34,851 nucleotides of DNA from an uncultured archaeon (lineage in GTDB: Archaea; Aenigmatarchaeota; Aenigmatarchaeia; GW2011-AR5). The stretch lies in the NCBI GenBank assembly GCA_964373695.1, contig CAYJVT010000009.1, forward strand, positions 1 through 34,851. Direction: 5' to 3'. Below the pieces are notes generated by a model. That model saw nothing but the letters and a program-made list of their open reading frames with translations. It ran no database searches and was not told the DNA's origin. Below are positions 23,018 through 32,426 of this stretch, one piece after another (positions within the stretch are counted from its first letter, which is position 1; each line of letters opens with the position of its first letter). The position numbers were made by a program, and so were the translations under genes.

Positions 23018-24811
23018 TTATACAAAGGCCTTCAGGTTATTCCTTATGACGGCCTTCATCACGTTTTTTCCCGTGTCACTGTCCTTGCTAATCCGTATTA
23101 TGCCTTTCTTTCCGACAGTAGCGGAGAACAAATATTCGTCGCCGACGTAAAAGTTGGCCACGCTGTTCACGAGGCTCTCGTCAAATCTCATGCATATGTA
23201 AGCGCCGGTCTCCTCCACGACAAGCTGGACTTCGCTGCCGAACGTTTCGACCTTCGGCAATACCTCTATCCTCAGCCCCAACTTCTCCTCAAGCTGCTTT
23301 ATGGTTGAGCCGGACTTGCCTATGATGCGAGGTATGACGTCGTTTTCGACGCGCACGACCACCTTCTCATCCCCGGCGATCTCTATTTCAGCATGCCTGT
23401 CGAACTTCGATATCTCGGACATTATGTATTTCTTCGCGAGCCTTCCCATGGGAGACTCCTTCTTCTGGGCCTTTACTGGTATTATGACGTTCTCGTCTCC
23501 GTAAGTATATATCTCGTACTCCAGATTGTTGTTTTCGAAGTTCCTTATCTCGACGACCGGCCTCGCGAGGTCGGCTTCCGTCATGCCGGTGGGCGTCCTT
23601 ACGGTCAGGCTTAGCATGTAGGTCTTCTCTATCTTCCCGTCTTTTATGTATATTATAGTATCCACTATGTGGGGGACGACGCCGAGCTCTATGCGGCTTA
23701 TGAAGCGCTGGACCGCATCGACCGGGTCGGTGGCATGCACGACTCCCAGCATGCCGATGCCTGACAGACGCATGTCAGAGAACACCATGAACTCCTCCGT
23801 CTTCCTCACTTCGTCGAATATGGTGTAATCCGGCCTGACAAGAAGCAGAATGTCAGCGGTGTTCTCGAAGCTCCCCTTGAGCTTCGAATACTGCGTCACC
23901 TCTTTGCCGACCTGGAGGTCCCTCGGAGATTCCATTGTCTTGACTATCTTCCCCCGGGACTCGAAGAATTCGGCCATTGCAGCCGCGAACGTTGACTTGC
24001 CGGAGCCGGGCGCGCCTGCTATCAATACGCCTTCAGCCTTCTTCTCGAGGCGTTCCATGAGCTTTCCAGATATATCATAGTCCGAAAGCGAAAGCTTTGC
24101 GACCGGCCTCACGACTGTCATCTCGACGCCGTCAGAGAAAGGCGGCCTTGCAATAACTATCCTCATGTCGCCGAACTGCACAACGCTCGCGGAATGGCCC
24201 CCGACCTCGATGAACGAATCGCTCTCATAACGCGTCGCATCCATGACTTCCTTTATTATCTCCTCTATCTTCTCGGCAGAAATCGGCTCGTCAGAAAGCC
24301 TGACAAGGGAGGAGTTTCCCGGCGTCCCTCTCTTTGCGACAGGGACAGCGCCTTCCTTGATGTGAAGGCTCATCGTGTCAGGTGTAAGCATCTCAGACAG
24401 CCTGGTTGACTGCTTCTTCTCGTAAGGAGGAAAATATTTCGCGACGACCTTTTCCGCCTCCGCGACCGTCGACTGCACGTAATCAGACGTGAAGAGGATT
24501 GCGTTCTCTTCCCTGGCAATGTCAAGAATAAGAGCGTCTATCCTGCCGTATTTCGCGAGCTGTATTTCTTCCATCGTCTGCCTTCGCCCCATCCTGACGA
24601 GCTTTATCCTGTCGCTCTCCAGGGACCTGAGCCGTTTTATCTCCTCGAGGCCGCGAAATCCGATTTCGCGCCCCTTTGACGCCTGGGCCCTTAGTTCCTC
24701 TATGACGAACTCCGGTATTATTATCTCGGCTTCCTTCATCTCGCCTTTTTCTATCATCCCAGTTATTATTCCGGATATAAGTACGCTCGTATCCGGCACT
24801 ATTTTCTGCAT
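23018..24811 (-). CDS. pinA: PIN-domain ATPase with C-terminal KH domain (PINA, archaeal branch-migration ATPase family)
   Basis: N-terminal PIN (IVPDTSVL), Walker [21 protein letters not shown], and KH GxxG (IIGKSG). GGTGA SD present. Confidence 0.92.
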   Translation of the reverse strand: MQKIVPDTSVLISGIITGMIEKGEMKEAEIIIPEFVIEELRAQASKGREIGFRGLEEIKRLRSLESDRIKLVRMGRRQTMEEIQLAKYGRIDALILDIAREENAILFTSDYVQSTVAEAEKVVAKYFPPYEKKQSTRLSEMLTPDTMSLHIKEGAVPVAKRGTPGNSSLVRLSDEPISAEKIEEIIKEVMDATRYESDSFIEVGGHSASVVQFGDMRIVIARPPFSDGVEMTVVRPVAKLSLSDYDISGKLMERLEKKAEGVLIAGAPGSGKSTFAAAMAEFFESRGKIVKTMESPRDLQVGKEVTQYSKLKGSFENTADILLLVRPDYTIFDEVRKTEEFMVFSDMRLSGIGMLGVVHATDPVDAVQRFISRIELGVVPHIVDTIIYIKDGKIEKTYMLSLTVRTPTGMTEADLARPVVEIRNFENNNLEYEIYTYGDENVIIPVKAQKKESPMGRLAKKYIMSEISKFDRHAEIEIAGDEKVVVRVENDVIPRIIGKSGSTIKQLEEKLGLRIEVLPKVETFGSEVQLVVEETGAYICMRFDESLVNSVANFYVGDEYLFSATVGKKGIIRISKDSDTGKNVMKAVIRNNLKAFV

Positions 24812-24898
24812 TCAATCACCTTTTTATTTCACTTAGAAGTAAGAGTCTATAATACGTCTTCCGAAAACTTTTTAAACCCCATTTTATATTCTCCAGAA

Positions 24899-24905
24899 TA
24901 TAAAA
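24899..24905 (+). promoter_or_regulatory. Candidate TATA box for zinc-ribbon microgene 1
   Basis: TATAAAA about 32 nt upstream of the ATG at 24937. Confidence 0.45.
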
Positions 24906-24936
24906 TCCTATTAAGTGGGAAAATCACAGAATTCAT

Positions 24937-25023
24937 ATGAAGTGCATGGAGTGTGGCTCGTCCAGATTCATTCTGGAGATGGGTATAAAATTCTGCGTGG
25001 AATGTGGGATTGCAAACGGATAG
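24937..25023 (+). CDS. 28-aa CxxCG zinc-ribbon microprotein (not in ORF track)
   Basis: MKCMECGSSRFILEMGIKFCVECGIANG*. Confidence 0.7.
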   Translation: MKCMECGSSRFILEMGIKFCVECGIANG

Positions 25024-25230
25024 CATCGCACAACAACTCTGCCGCGGCTTCATTTAATCATTCCAATGCCACCGTCAAAAGCCATTATTTCCCACCCAGT
25101 GGTATAGGTTATATTCTTTTCCGGATTGCAAAACATATTTCGTTTTCCCGAAATCACTATTATAACCGACGAGTAGATATCATAGTGGTGTGAGTCGATA
25201 CGATGACGCTCTCACTGACGAGGTGAGAAT

Positions 25231-25338
25231 ATGCATTGCCCGGAATGCGGTTCAAGCAGAATAACCGAAGACAAGAAGTTTGATGTCTTCTGTCAGAGAT
25301 GCGGAACTGTCTTGGAAGAACCTATATTCTTGGAGTGA
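25231..25338 (+). CDS. 35-aa TFIIB-type zinc-ribbon microprotein (not in ORF track)
   Basis: MHCPECGSSRITEDKKFDVFCQRCGTVLEEPIFLE*, with a strong GAGGTGA SD at 25220-25226. Confidence 0.85.
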   Translation: MHCPECGSSRITEDKKFDVFCQRCGTVLEEPIFLE

Positions 25339-25359
25339 AGAGGAAATGAGGAGTTGGAT

Positions 25360-25497
25360 ATGAACTGCCATGTGTGCGGTTCTGATAAAGTTAGGACCAG
25401 CAAGACAAAGGCCGACATAATATGCTCGGAATGCGGGACGCCTTTCCATATCAGCGGACGTTATTTCTATTACATGAATGATGACAGCAACTTCTAG
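25360..25497 (+). CDS. 45-aa zinc-ribbon microprotein (not in ORF track)
   Basis: MNCHVCGSDKVRTSKTKADIICSECGTPFHISGRYFYYMNDDSNF*, with a GAGGAG SD. Its stop overlaps the hisS stop (CTAG). Confidence 0.8.
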   Translation: MNCHVCGSDKVRTSKTKADIICSECGTPFHISGRYFYYMNDDSNF

Positions 25498-26735
25498 AGC
25501 ATGGATTTCATAGACGATAAGTCATCTACTTCCTTCTCGTCGCCAGTCGTCATGTCCCGGAGCCTGTATTTTCCAGAAGACATCTCCTTCTCGCCGACCA
25601 CTATCACGTATCCTATCTTCTTCGAACTGGCGTAGTCAAGCTGCTTGCTTAGCGAGCGCGGCATGAGGTCGCATTCGCATACTATGCCATAAGAGCGCAG
25701 CTTTTCGGCCATCTTCATTGCATCCGGGATGAATTTCTCATTCACCGTCGCTATATAGACCGAAGCCCTCTTCGCTTCCTGTATGAGATTTTTCTTCTCC
25801 AGGACCTGCATTAAGCGCTCTATTCCTATGCTGAATCCTGTTGCCGGCGTTGTCTGGCCTCCATATCTCTCTATAAGGCTGTCGTATCTTCCGCCGCCCA
25901 CAACCGAACCCAGCTCTTCAAAGCCTGTGATAACGCATTCGAAAACAAATCCAGTATAATATTCAAGACCGCGCGCGATGCTCATGTCAGGCCTGACGTA
26001 CCTCCTGTATCTCTTGTCAAGGGCGTCCATTATGGCATCGATGTCCGAAGTATCGGCGACGCTCCTCGCAGAATCGACTGGCGACAATATGAAATCCATA
26101 ACCTGCTTCGCCTTCTTCTCCTTCAGCCTCTTCTTCAATTCCTTGTAGACTTCCTGCCGGCCTTTTTTGTCCAGCTTATCTATGATGCGGAAAACTTCAT
26201 CCCTGTCCTTTATCTTCAGCTTGTCGGCGAACGAATCCAGTATCTTCCTGCTGTTTATCCTGACAGTAAAGTCCTTCAGCCCCAGCGCCAGCATGGTATC
26301 TATGAAGATGCGGAGTATCTCGGCATCAGCCTGCGGCGACGCTGAACCCAGAAGCTCGACGCCGGCCTGCCATAACTCCCGCGACCTTCCTTTCGTCACA
26401 TCCTCATAGCGCCACATGTTCGTTATGTAGTAGAGCTTCACCGGCTTGGGCAGGCTTTTCATGCCCACTACTATCCTCGCGACAGGCGTGGTCATGTCAA
26501 AACGCAGGCCGAGCTCTCGCCCCGACTTGTCCTTGAAGCGGTATATGTCCTTCACGGCCTCCTGGCCCAGGGAGCCCTTGCACGTCAGAAGGGAAATCTC
26601 CTCGAACGCCGGGGTCTGCACCTCGCCAAAACCGTAGCCCTCAAAGACGTTCCTAATCATGTCGAAAACCTGCCTGCGCTTCCGCATCTCCTCGGGCATG
26701 AAGTCGCGCGTGCCGCGCGGAGTCTGGAATTTCAT
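25494..26735 (-). CDS. hisS: Histidine--tRNA ligase
   Basis: PRGTRDF, LRFDMT, WRYE..GRSRELWQAGVE, ARGLEYYTG, GGGRYD, GFSIGIERL, plus a class IIa anticodon-binding domain. Confidence 0.98.
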   Translation of the reverse strand: MKFQTPRGTRDFMPEEMRKRRQVFDMIRNVFEGYGFGEVQTPAFEEISLLTCKGSLGQEAVKDIYRFKDKSGRELGLRFDMTTPVARIVVGMKSLPKPVKLYYITNMWRYEDVTKGRSRELWQAGVELLGSASPQADAEILRIFIDTMLALGLKDFTVRINSRKILDSFADKLKIKDRDEVFRIIDKLDKKGRQEVYKELKKRLKEKKAKQVMDFILSPVDSARSVADTSDIDAIMDALDKRYRRYVRPDMSIARGLEYYTGFVFECVITGFEELGSVVGGGRYDSLIERYGGQTTPATGFSIGIERLMQVLEKKNLIQEAKRASVYIATVNEKFIPDAMKMAEKLRSYGIVCECDLMPRSLSKQLDYASSKKIGYVIVVGEKEMSSGKYRLRDMTTGDEKEVDDLSSMKSML

Positions 26736-26741
26736 AATTAA

Positions 26742-27026
26742 TCATTGCTCCTTTACGCTATAAGCTTTAGGAGAACATAAAGGAACTTCTATTTCGCACA
26801 TGTGTCCAAGAGTGATTTTTCTGGAGCCTACATATTTTTGCATAAATTCACCAAGAGGAACATCCACGACTGCACAATATATTTTTATCCCACAGCCACC
26901 CATGGATGGTGATGCAAAATAATCTTTTGTGTTGTAGCCTCTAATTTCCATTTCGAGTTCTACAGCTAATACTAACCTGTAGTCTAATTCCGCATCTCCA
27001 TAAACCCTATACCAACTTAGTTCCAT
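26742..27026 (-). CDS. 94-aa hypothetical protein, candidate toxin partner of the AbrB gene
   Basis: GAGGAGGG SD, AT-rich codon usage, 20-nt overlap with the upstream AbrB-like gene. Confidence 0.7.
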   Translation of the reverse strand: MELSWYRVYGDAELDYRLVLAVELEMEIRGYNTKDYFASPSMGGCGIKIYCAVVDVPLGEFMQKYVGSRKITLGHMCEIEVPLCSPKAYSVKEQ

Positions 27027-27183
27027 AACTATCCCTCCTCAGAACCAGAATATCGTCAGAAATAACCATGTCCAAAAACAGGACTTCGCCTTTTGACAGG
27101 CCCAGCGTCCTTCTAATCATATTAGGCAGCAATATCCTGCCCTTCTCGTCAATTGTGACCTCTATGCTGTAAGAACTAGCCAA
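27007..27183 (-). CDS. AbrB/MazE/SpoVT-family DNA-binding protein (not in ORF track); TTG start or frameshifted longer gene from ATG 27251
   Basis: (M)ASSYSIEVTIDEKGRILLPNMIRRTLGLSKGEVLFLDMVISDDILVLRR carries the classic IDxKGRIxLPxxIRxxLGL signature. Confidence 0.8.
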   Translation of the reverse strand: MASSYSIEVTIDEKGRILLPNMIRRTLGLSKGEVLFLDMVISDDILVLRRDSYGTKLV

Positions 27184-27324
27184 TCCGCGCTTCCTACGCC
27201 CTGCATCCGAAATGAAGTCGATCCCTTCTTATGAAGGCGTTCACCTGACATTTTTGTCACCACTATCATAAACAAAAATACGTATTTAAAGAAAACGTGG
27301 GATGAAATATCCTGTGAATTATGA

Positions 27325-27331
27325 TTTATAA
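27325..27331 (+). promoter_or_regulatory. Candidate TATA box for tRNA-His
   Basis: TTTATAA about 25 nt upstream of the tRNA start. Confidence 0.55.
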
Positions 27332-27355
27332 TTAGCCAAACAAAGTCTGTTCAAT

Positions 27356-27441
27356 GGCTGTGGTGATGTAATGGCAGCATAAGGGACTGTGGAATATTTT
27401 GCAGAAATCCCTTCGTCCGGGTTCGAATCCCGGCCACGGCC
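27356..27441 (+). tRNA. tRNA-His(GTG) with encoded G-1 and 14-nt canonical 37/38 intron
   Basis: Acceptor GCTGTGG/CCACGGC, G-1:C73, anticodon stem AGGGA/TCCCT, GTG at 27389-27391. Intron 27393-27406 has BHB helix CTGT/GCAG. T arm CCGGG-TTCGAAT-CCCGG. CCA not encoded. Confidence 0.95.
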
Positions 27442-27448
27442 CTCACAT

Positions 27449-27895
27449 TCATCTTTTCTTTATTTTGACCTCGGCGATATCCCCCAGCGTCAATTCAGGC
27501 GTTTTAGCGGAAGTTTTTTTCTCTGTCACGTATTCAGCACCAAGCAGTTTTATGCTCAACACCTTTTCCAGGCGCTTTGCAACCTCATCCGTCGGCCGCA
27601 TGCCTTTTTCGATCCTATGCATAACTGAAGCTGGGACTGAAATTCTCCCTGCAAGCTCCTCAATCGACACACCAAGAGACTTCCTGGCGTCCCTGACTAA
27701 CGATGCGAAGTCCGGATCTATAACATTCTCTTTTATCTCATGCTCGCGGGATTTCCTGGCCGGCAAGGCAACGGACTCCTCCACAATGCTGCCGAATTTT
27801 GCGCATCTCTCGCATACATGGAGCAGCGTGCCCTCAACCCGAGCTTTTTTCAGTCCCTTAAAAGAGCCGCACATCTCGCACTCGATATAAATCAC
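27449..27895 (-). CDS. mbf1: Archaeal multiprotein bridging factor aMBF1 (zinc ribbon plus HTH)
   Basis: CEMCG...VEG..LHVCERCAKFG ribbon, Cro-type HTH (ARKSLGVSIEELA..MHRIEKG) and C-terminal TLGDI. Confidence 0.95.
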   Translation of the reverse strand: MIYIECEMCGSFKGLKKARVEGTLLHVCERCAKFGSIVEESVALPARKSREHEIKENVIDPDFASLVRDARKSLGVSIEELAGRISVPASVMHRIEKGMRPTDEVAKRLEKVLSIKLLGAEYVTEKKTSAKTPELTLGDIAEVKIKKR

Positions 27896-27961
27896 CAGGA
27901 TAATAATTATATTCCTGCAAGAATTTTAAACCTTTATCAAGAAGTTATAATAAGTGTATCT

Positions 27962-30900
27962 ATGAAGCGCGAGGAAGAGGAAAAGATAAAGGAATACTGG
28001 AAAAAGAAGAAGGTATACGACAAGCTGAAGAAACGACAGGGCAAGAAATTCTACTTCCTAGACGGGCCGCCTTATGCCACGGGATACATCCATATGGGGA
28101 CCGCGTGGAACAAGGTTCTGAAGGACGCATACATAAGATTCTGGAGGATGAAGGGGCGCGACGTGTGGGACAGACCGGGATACGACACCCACGGCCTTCC
28201 AATAGAAAACAAGGTGGAGAAGGAGCTCGGGATAAAATCCAAGTCAGACATAGAAAGGCTCGGAGTGGAGAAATTCATCCTTGCATGCCGGAATTTCGCC
28301 ACGAAATTCATAGAAATAATGAACAAACAGTTCGAAGATTTGGGAGTATGGATGGACTGGAAAAATCCCTACCTCACCCTGGAAAACAGCTACATAGAAG
28401 GCGCCTGGGCCACTTTCAAGACATCGTTCGAAAAGGGACTGCTGTACAAAGGCCTTTATCCCGTCCACGTATGCTCGCACTGTGTTGATCCTAATTCAAC
28501 TATTCTCGTAGAGGGCGGTACAAGGAAAATAAAGGAACTGAAAAATTGCTGGCGGCATAATAAAGTTCTATCAGTGGACACCGAATCCGGAGAGCTTACT
28601 ATAACAAAACCCCTAGGGTACATGGAACATGAAGAAGACGCGTTTGTTCTTGAAACAAAAACCGGGAAAAGGCTTACAGCTTCGCCAGACCATCCATTCT
28701 GGACACAACAAGGGTGGGTACAGCTTTCAAAGCTGAATCCGGGCGCTAAAGTTGCTGTGTATAATAATGTAGAAAGCAGGTTGCCGAAAATTACTGAAAA
28801 AGGCAGTGTAATACTTAACGAAAACCGCATTAGATCTTTTATAGAAAGACTGGAGAAGCCAATGTTGGCAGCCAAAAACAATACGTATAATGACATGACA
28901 AGCAGTTCAAAAAATAAAGTCAAAGACTACGTTTTCGGCCTGAGAAGTGCAGGATTTTCTTATAATGAAATTGTAAATAAAGTCAGATCTAAATACAAAG
29001 TTAAAGTAGCAAAATCATGGATAGCAAAAATACTCAAGACATCTACAAAGACTAGAAACGATTCAATAGTTTCAGAGCTGAAGGAGAAAAGCTTATTGCC
29101 TCTTTATAGCAAATCCTCGGCGGCATTTATTTTATCGCGGATTGCTGGACATATTTTTGGGGATGGGTCAATTGCCATAAAATTCTCTAAAAACCGCAAA
29201 TTCCCTGTTTTCTACACATCATTCTGCGGAAAAGAAGAGGATCTTGAAGAAATTCGTAAAGATTTGAATATTCTAGGGTTTGAATGTACCGAGATTTCTA
29301 CCACCGAAACCAAATCTGTAGTAAATAACCGCATAATAAACGGCTTTACGACATCCATGAGGTGTAACTCATCGGCTTTAGCGGTTTTGCTTATTTCTCT
29401 GGGCTGCCCAATGGGGCGGAAAACGGAAAAGAAAACATATGTGCCGAAATGGATAAAATCCAATAAGAAGTTAACAAGAGACTTTTTGGCGTCCTATTTC
29501 GGAAGCGAACTGCAGATAATAGGAACCATGGCATATGAAAAAGGGTTCAATTGCCTAAGGCTTTATTTAACAAAAGAGAGGCACCTGGAAAAAAATGGGC
29601 TGGAATTTGCGAAAGATGTGTGTGAACTTATAAAAAAATTTGGCGTAACAACATCCCAAATAAAAGCAAAAAGGACTAAAGTAAATGAAAAAGACAAGTC
29701 AAAAATTACAATAAGCATAGACTGTAATGATGATAATTTAATCAGATTTACGAGATTTTTAGGCTACGAATACTGCAAATATAGAAAAACAAGGGCTGCA
29801 TATGTTTTGAGCTATCTTCTCAACAAGAAATCTTTAGAAAAGGAGTACAGAAGAAAGAAGAATAGCATCCTGAAACTAAGGCAGTCTAAAGTTCCTTGCA
29901 GCAAAATTGCCATAAAATTGGGATTGCCGAAACTTTATGTTAGGCATGTCGTTTATGGAAAAGCTAAAAATATAATAGTATCTAAATACATTTCTCCGTT
30001 CAACGAATGGCTGAAAAAGTCGGCAGATAGCCTCAGAGATGGATTAATATGGGATGAAATAGAGACCATAAAATATTTAGGAAAGCGAAAAGTTTGTGAT
30101 ATTGCAGTAGAAACGCATCATAACTTTATAACTAACGGCTTCTTAACGCATAATTGCGAGACTGCCGTCGCATACAACGAGATAGAATACGCAAAGGTGT
30201 CCGACCCTTCCGTATACGTCAAATTCAAGGTGCACGGAAAGAAGGACGAGTTCATAGTTATATGGACAACGACCCCATGGACTCTGCCGTCAAACACCGG
30301 AGTCATGGCGAAACCAGATGCCGACTACGTGAAGATACAGAGCGGCGGGATGAAACTTATACTCGCAAAGGAGCTACTGGAAACGGTAGCGAAAAAGGTG
30401 GGTATAGAAGACTATGATATCATTGAAATATTCAAAGGCCGGAAACTTGAAGGCCTCAAGTACGACCATCCCCTTTCCGACGAGTTCGAGTTCCAGAAAA
30501 AGCTTTCCGGAGCCCACAGGGTCATCCTTTCAGACCAATATGTAACGCTTGACACAGGCACCGGCCTGGTTCACACGGCCCCGGGCCACGGCCAGGAAGA
30601 CTATAAGGTGGGAATAGAGAACGGCCTTCCTGTAGTATCTCCCGTGAAGATGAACGGGACTTACAACGACGAGTGCGGCAAGTTTGCCGGGATATTCGTC
30701 AAGCATGCGGACAAGCTCATAATAAAGAACCTGCGGGAGAAGGGCCTGCTCCTCCGCGAAGAAACCATAACGCACGACTACCCGCAGTGCTGGAGATGCA
30801 ACTCGCTGCTGCTGCAGCTTTCCGTCCCGCAGTGGTTCTTCCGTGTCACGGAGATAAGGGAAAAGCTTATCGAGGAGAACGAAAAAGTCAGCTGGTATCC

Positions 30901-32425
30901 TTCCTGGGCGAAGCAGCGCTTCAGGAACTGGCTGGAAAGCCTGGGCGACTGGCCGATATCAAGGCAGAGATATTGGGGCATACCTCTGCCTATATGGACA
31001 TGCAAAAAGTGCGATAAAGTCAGGGTGGTTGGCAGCGCAAAGGAGCTTGGGAAGGCCGTGAAGGACCTGCACAGGCCCTATATAGACGAAGTGAAGCTGA
31101 AATGCGCGTGCGGCTCGCAGATGGAGCGGATAAAGGACGTTCTTGACGTGTGGTTCGACTCCGGCCTTGCGGCATGGGCATCCATAGGTTATCCCAAGAA
31201 CAAGAAGCTTTTCAAAAGCCTCTGGAAGACAGACCTGGAGATAGAGGGCCCGGACCAGATAAGGGGATGGTGGAACTCACAGCTGATAACAAGCGTCATA
31301 ACATTCGGCGAATCCCCTTTCACCAGCATACTTTTCCATGGGTTCGTCCTGGACGCCCACGGCGTGAAGATGAGCAAATCCAAGGGCAACATAGTCAATC
31401 CGGAGGAAGTCGTCAATAAATACGGGACCGACGTCCTGAGGATGTACCTTCTCTCGTCACCTCCGTGGGAGGACTTCTACTTCAAGTGGATAGACGTCGA
31501 GAACGTGTCGAAGTCTTTCGTAGTGATAGAAAACACGTTCAACTTCGTGAAGACTTATGCGTCAGGAAAAGGCTTGGAGGGCAATATGCTCCCCGAGGAC
31601 AGGTGGATAATCTCGAGGATGAACTCCTTGACAAAGTCATTCGCCGAAAACATGGAATCCTACAACATACACAAGGCGTCCCAGGAGCTCGTAGATTTCA
31701 TAGTGAACGACTTCTCCAGATGGTACATAAAGATAATCAGGAACCGTGTATGGCCGTCCTACGGTGGAGAGGATAAGAAAGGCGCCGTTTTCGCGCTGAG
31801 AACGGTGTCGAAGAACATCCTCACGTTGATGGCGCCTATCTGCCCGTTCGTTTCGGAGAAGCTGAATATAGAGATATTCGGCGATGAGAGCGTGCACCTG
31901 AAGCTTCTTCCGAAACCCGACAAGGTCGACTCCAAAGCAGAGTCGCAGATGGCGGTGGCAAGGGAAATAGTCGAGACCTGCAATTCCATAAGAAAGGAGA
32001 ACAGCCTCAAGCTGAAATGGCCAATGGAAAGCATATGGATAGAGCCCAAAGACTCGGAAAATGTCGGCGATGCCGTGAAAACTTTCGGGGATGTCATCAT
32101 TGACATGGCGAACGCCGGCAAGATAGAAAAATGCCACGGATATAAAAAAGAATTTTCCGGCGGCACGGTGCACATGAGCAAGGAAGTGATGAAGAACGAG
32201 GCGCTTTTGAGGGAGCTTCTCAGGGCGGTGCAGGAAAAACGCAAGAATGACGGAATGAACGTCTCGGACAAGATAACCCTTTACATAGACGGCGACATGA
32301 AGAAATTCGAGAAGCAGATAAAAGAGAAGGTATCTGCCGGAAAGATCGTGTTCAAAAAGCTCCACGACGGAGAAGAAGTGGAGTTCGAAGACATGAAGCT
32401 GAAGTTTCTAGTTGAGCGTGTATAA
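27962..32425 (+). CDS. ileS: Isoleucine--tRNA ligase, split by an intein
   Basis: DGPPYATGYIHMGT (HIGH-like), GTGLVHTAPGHG, DWPISRQRYWG, DQIRGW and KMSKS. 929 aa after intein removal. Start at ATG 27962, not the track's 27740. Confidence 0.97.
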   Translation: MKREEEEKIKEYWKKKKVYDKLKKRQGKKFYFLDGPPYATGYIHMGTAWNKVLKDAYIRFWRMKGRDVWDRPGYDTHGLPIENKVEKELGIKSKSDIERLGVEKFILACRNFATKFIEIMNKQFEDLGVWMDWKNPYLTLENSYIEGAWATFKTSFEKGLLYKGLYPVHVCSHCVDPNSTILVEGGTRKIKELKNCWRHNKVLSVDTESGELTITKPLGYMEHEEDAFVLETKTGKRLTASPDHPFWTQQGWVQLSKLNPGAKVAVYNNVESRLPKITEKGSVILNENRIRSFIERLEKPMLAAKNNTYNDMTSSSKNKVKDYVFGLRSAGFSYNEIVNKVRSKYKVKVAKSWIAKILKTSTKTRNDSIVSELKEKSLLPLYSKSSAAFILSRIAGHIFGDGSIAIKFSKNRKFPVFYTSFCGKEEDLEEIRKDLNILGFECTEISTTETKSVVNNRIINGFTTSMRCNSSALAVLLISLGCPMGRKTEKKTYVPKWIKSNKKLTRDFLASYFGSELQIIGTMAYEKGFNCLRLYLTKERHLEKNGLEFAKDVCELIKKFGVTTSQIKAKRTKVNEKDKSKITISIDCNDDNLIRFTRFLGYEYCKYRKTRAAYVLSYLLNKKSLEKEYRRKKNSILKLRQSKVPCSKIAIKLGLPKLYVRHVVYGKAKNIIVSKYISPFNEWLKKSADSLRDGLIWDEIETIKYLGKRKVCDIAVETHHNFITNGFLTHNCETAVAYNEIEYAKVSDPSVYVKFKVHGKKDEFIVIWTTTPWTLPSNTGVMAKPDADYVKIQSGGMKLILAKELLETVAKKVGIEDYDIIEIFKGRKLEGLKYDHPLSDEFEFQKKLSGAHRVILSDQYVTLDTGTGLVHTAPGHGQEDYKVGIENGLPVVSPVKMNGTYNDECGKFAGIFVKHADKLIIKNLREKGLLLREETITHDYPQCWRCNSLLLQLSVPQWFFRVTEIREKLIEENEKVSWYPSWAKQRFRNWLESLGDWPISRQRYWGIPLPIWTCKKCDKVRVVGSAKELGKAVKDLHRPYIDEVKLKCACGSQMERIKDVLDVWFDSGLAAWASIGYPKNKKLFKSLWKTDLEIEGPDQIRGWWNSQLITSVITFGESPFTSILFHGFVLDAHGVKMSKSKGNIVNPEEVVNKYGTDVLRMYLLSSPPWEDFYFKWIDVENVSKSFVVIENTFNFVKTYASGKGLEGNMLPEDRWIISRMNSLTKSFAENMESYNIHKASQELVDFIVNDFSRWYIKIIRNRVWPSYGGEDKKGAVFALRTVSKNILTLMAPICPFVSEKLNIEIFGDESVHLKLLPKPDKVDSKAESQMAVAREIVETCNSIRKENSLKLKWPMESIWIEPKDSENVGDAVKTFGDVIIDMANAGKIEKCHGYKKEFSGGTVHMSKEVMKNEALLRELLRAVQEKRKNDGMNVSDKITLYIDGDMKKFEKQIKEKVSAGKIVFKKLHDGEEVEFEDMKLKFLVERV
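28481..30154 (+). mobile_element. Intein (558 aa) with LAGLIDADG-type endonuclease and extra HTH-like segments
   Basis: Starts at Cys (CVDPNS), ends at FLTHN, +1 Cys. Removal restores CSH-CETAVA. Contains TASPDHPF block B, RIAGHIFGDG and FLASYFGSEL. DNA is strongly AT-rich. Confidence 0.95.
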
Positions 32426-32426
32426 A

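Noticed and set aside
22853-23308. 151-aa plus-strand ORF
   Set aside because: Antisense to tRNA-Arg and the PINA 3' end; no motif.
25165-25230. Possible structured leader or C/D-box-like RNA before zinc-ribbon gene 2 (GTGAG/CTCAC stem, ATGACG...CTGA)
   Set aside because: The stem is only 5 bp and the box motifs are incomplete. Compatible with chance.
24847-25449. Track ORFs 24915-25193 (+), 24847-25053 (-) and 25252-25449 (-)
   Set aside because: No motifs. They overlap the zinc-ribbon microgenes, which have clear motifs and SDs.
27389-27890. Track ORFs 27389-27628 and 27399-27890 (+)
   Set aside because: They overlap tRNA-His and are antisense to aMBF1; shadow ORFs.
27740-27961. 74-aa N-terminal extension of IleRS in the ORF track
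   Set aside because: It overlaps aMBF1 on the opposite strand and the shared promoter region. ATG 27962 gives a normal IleRS start.
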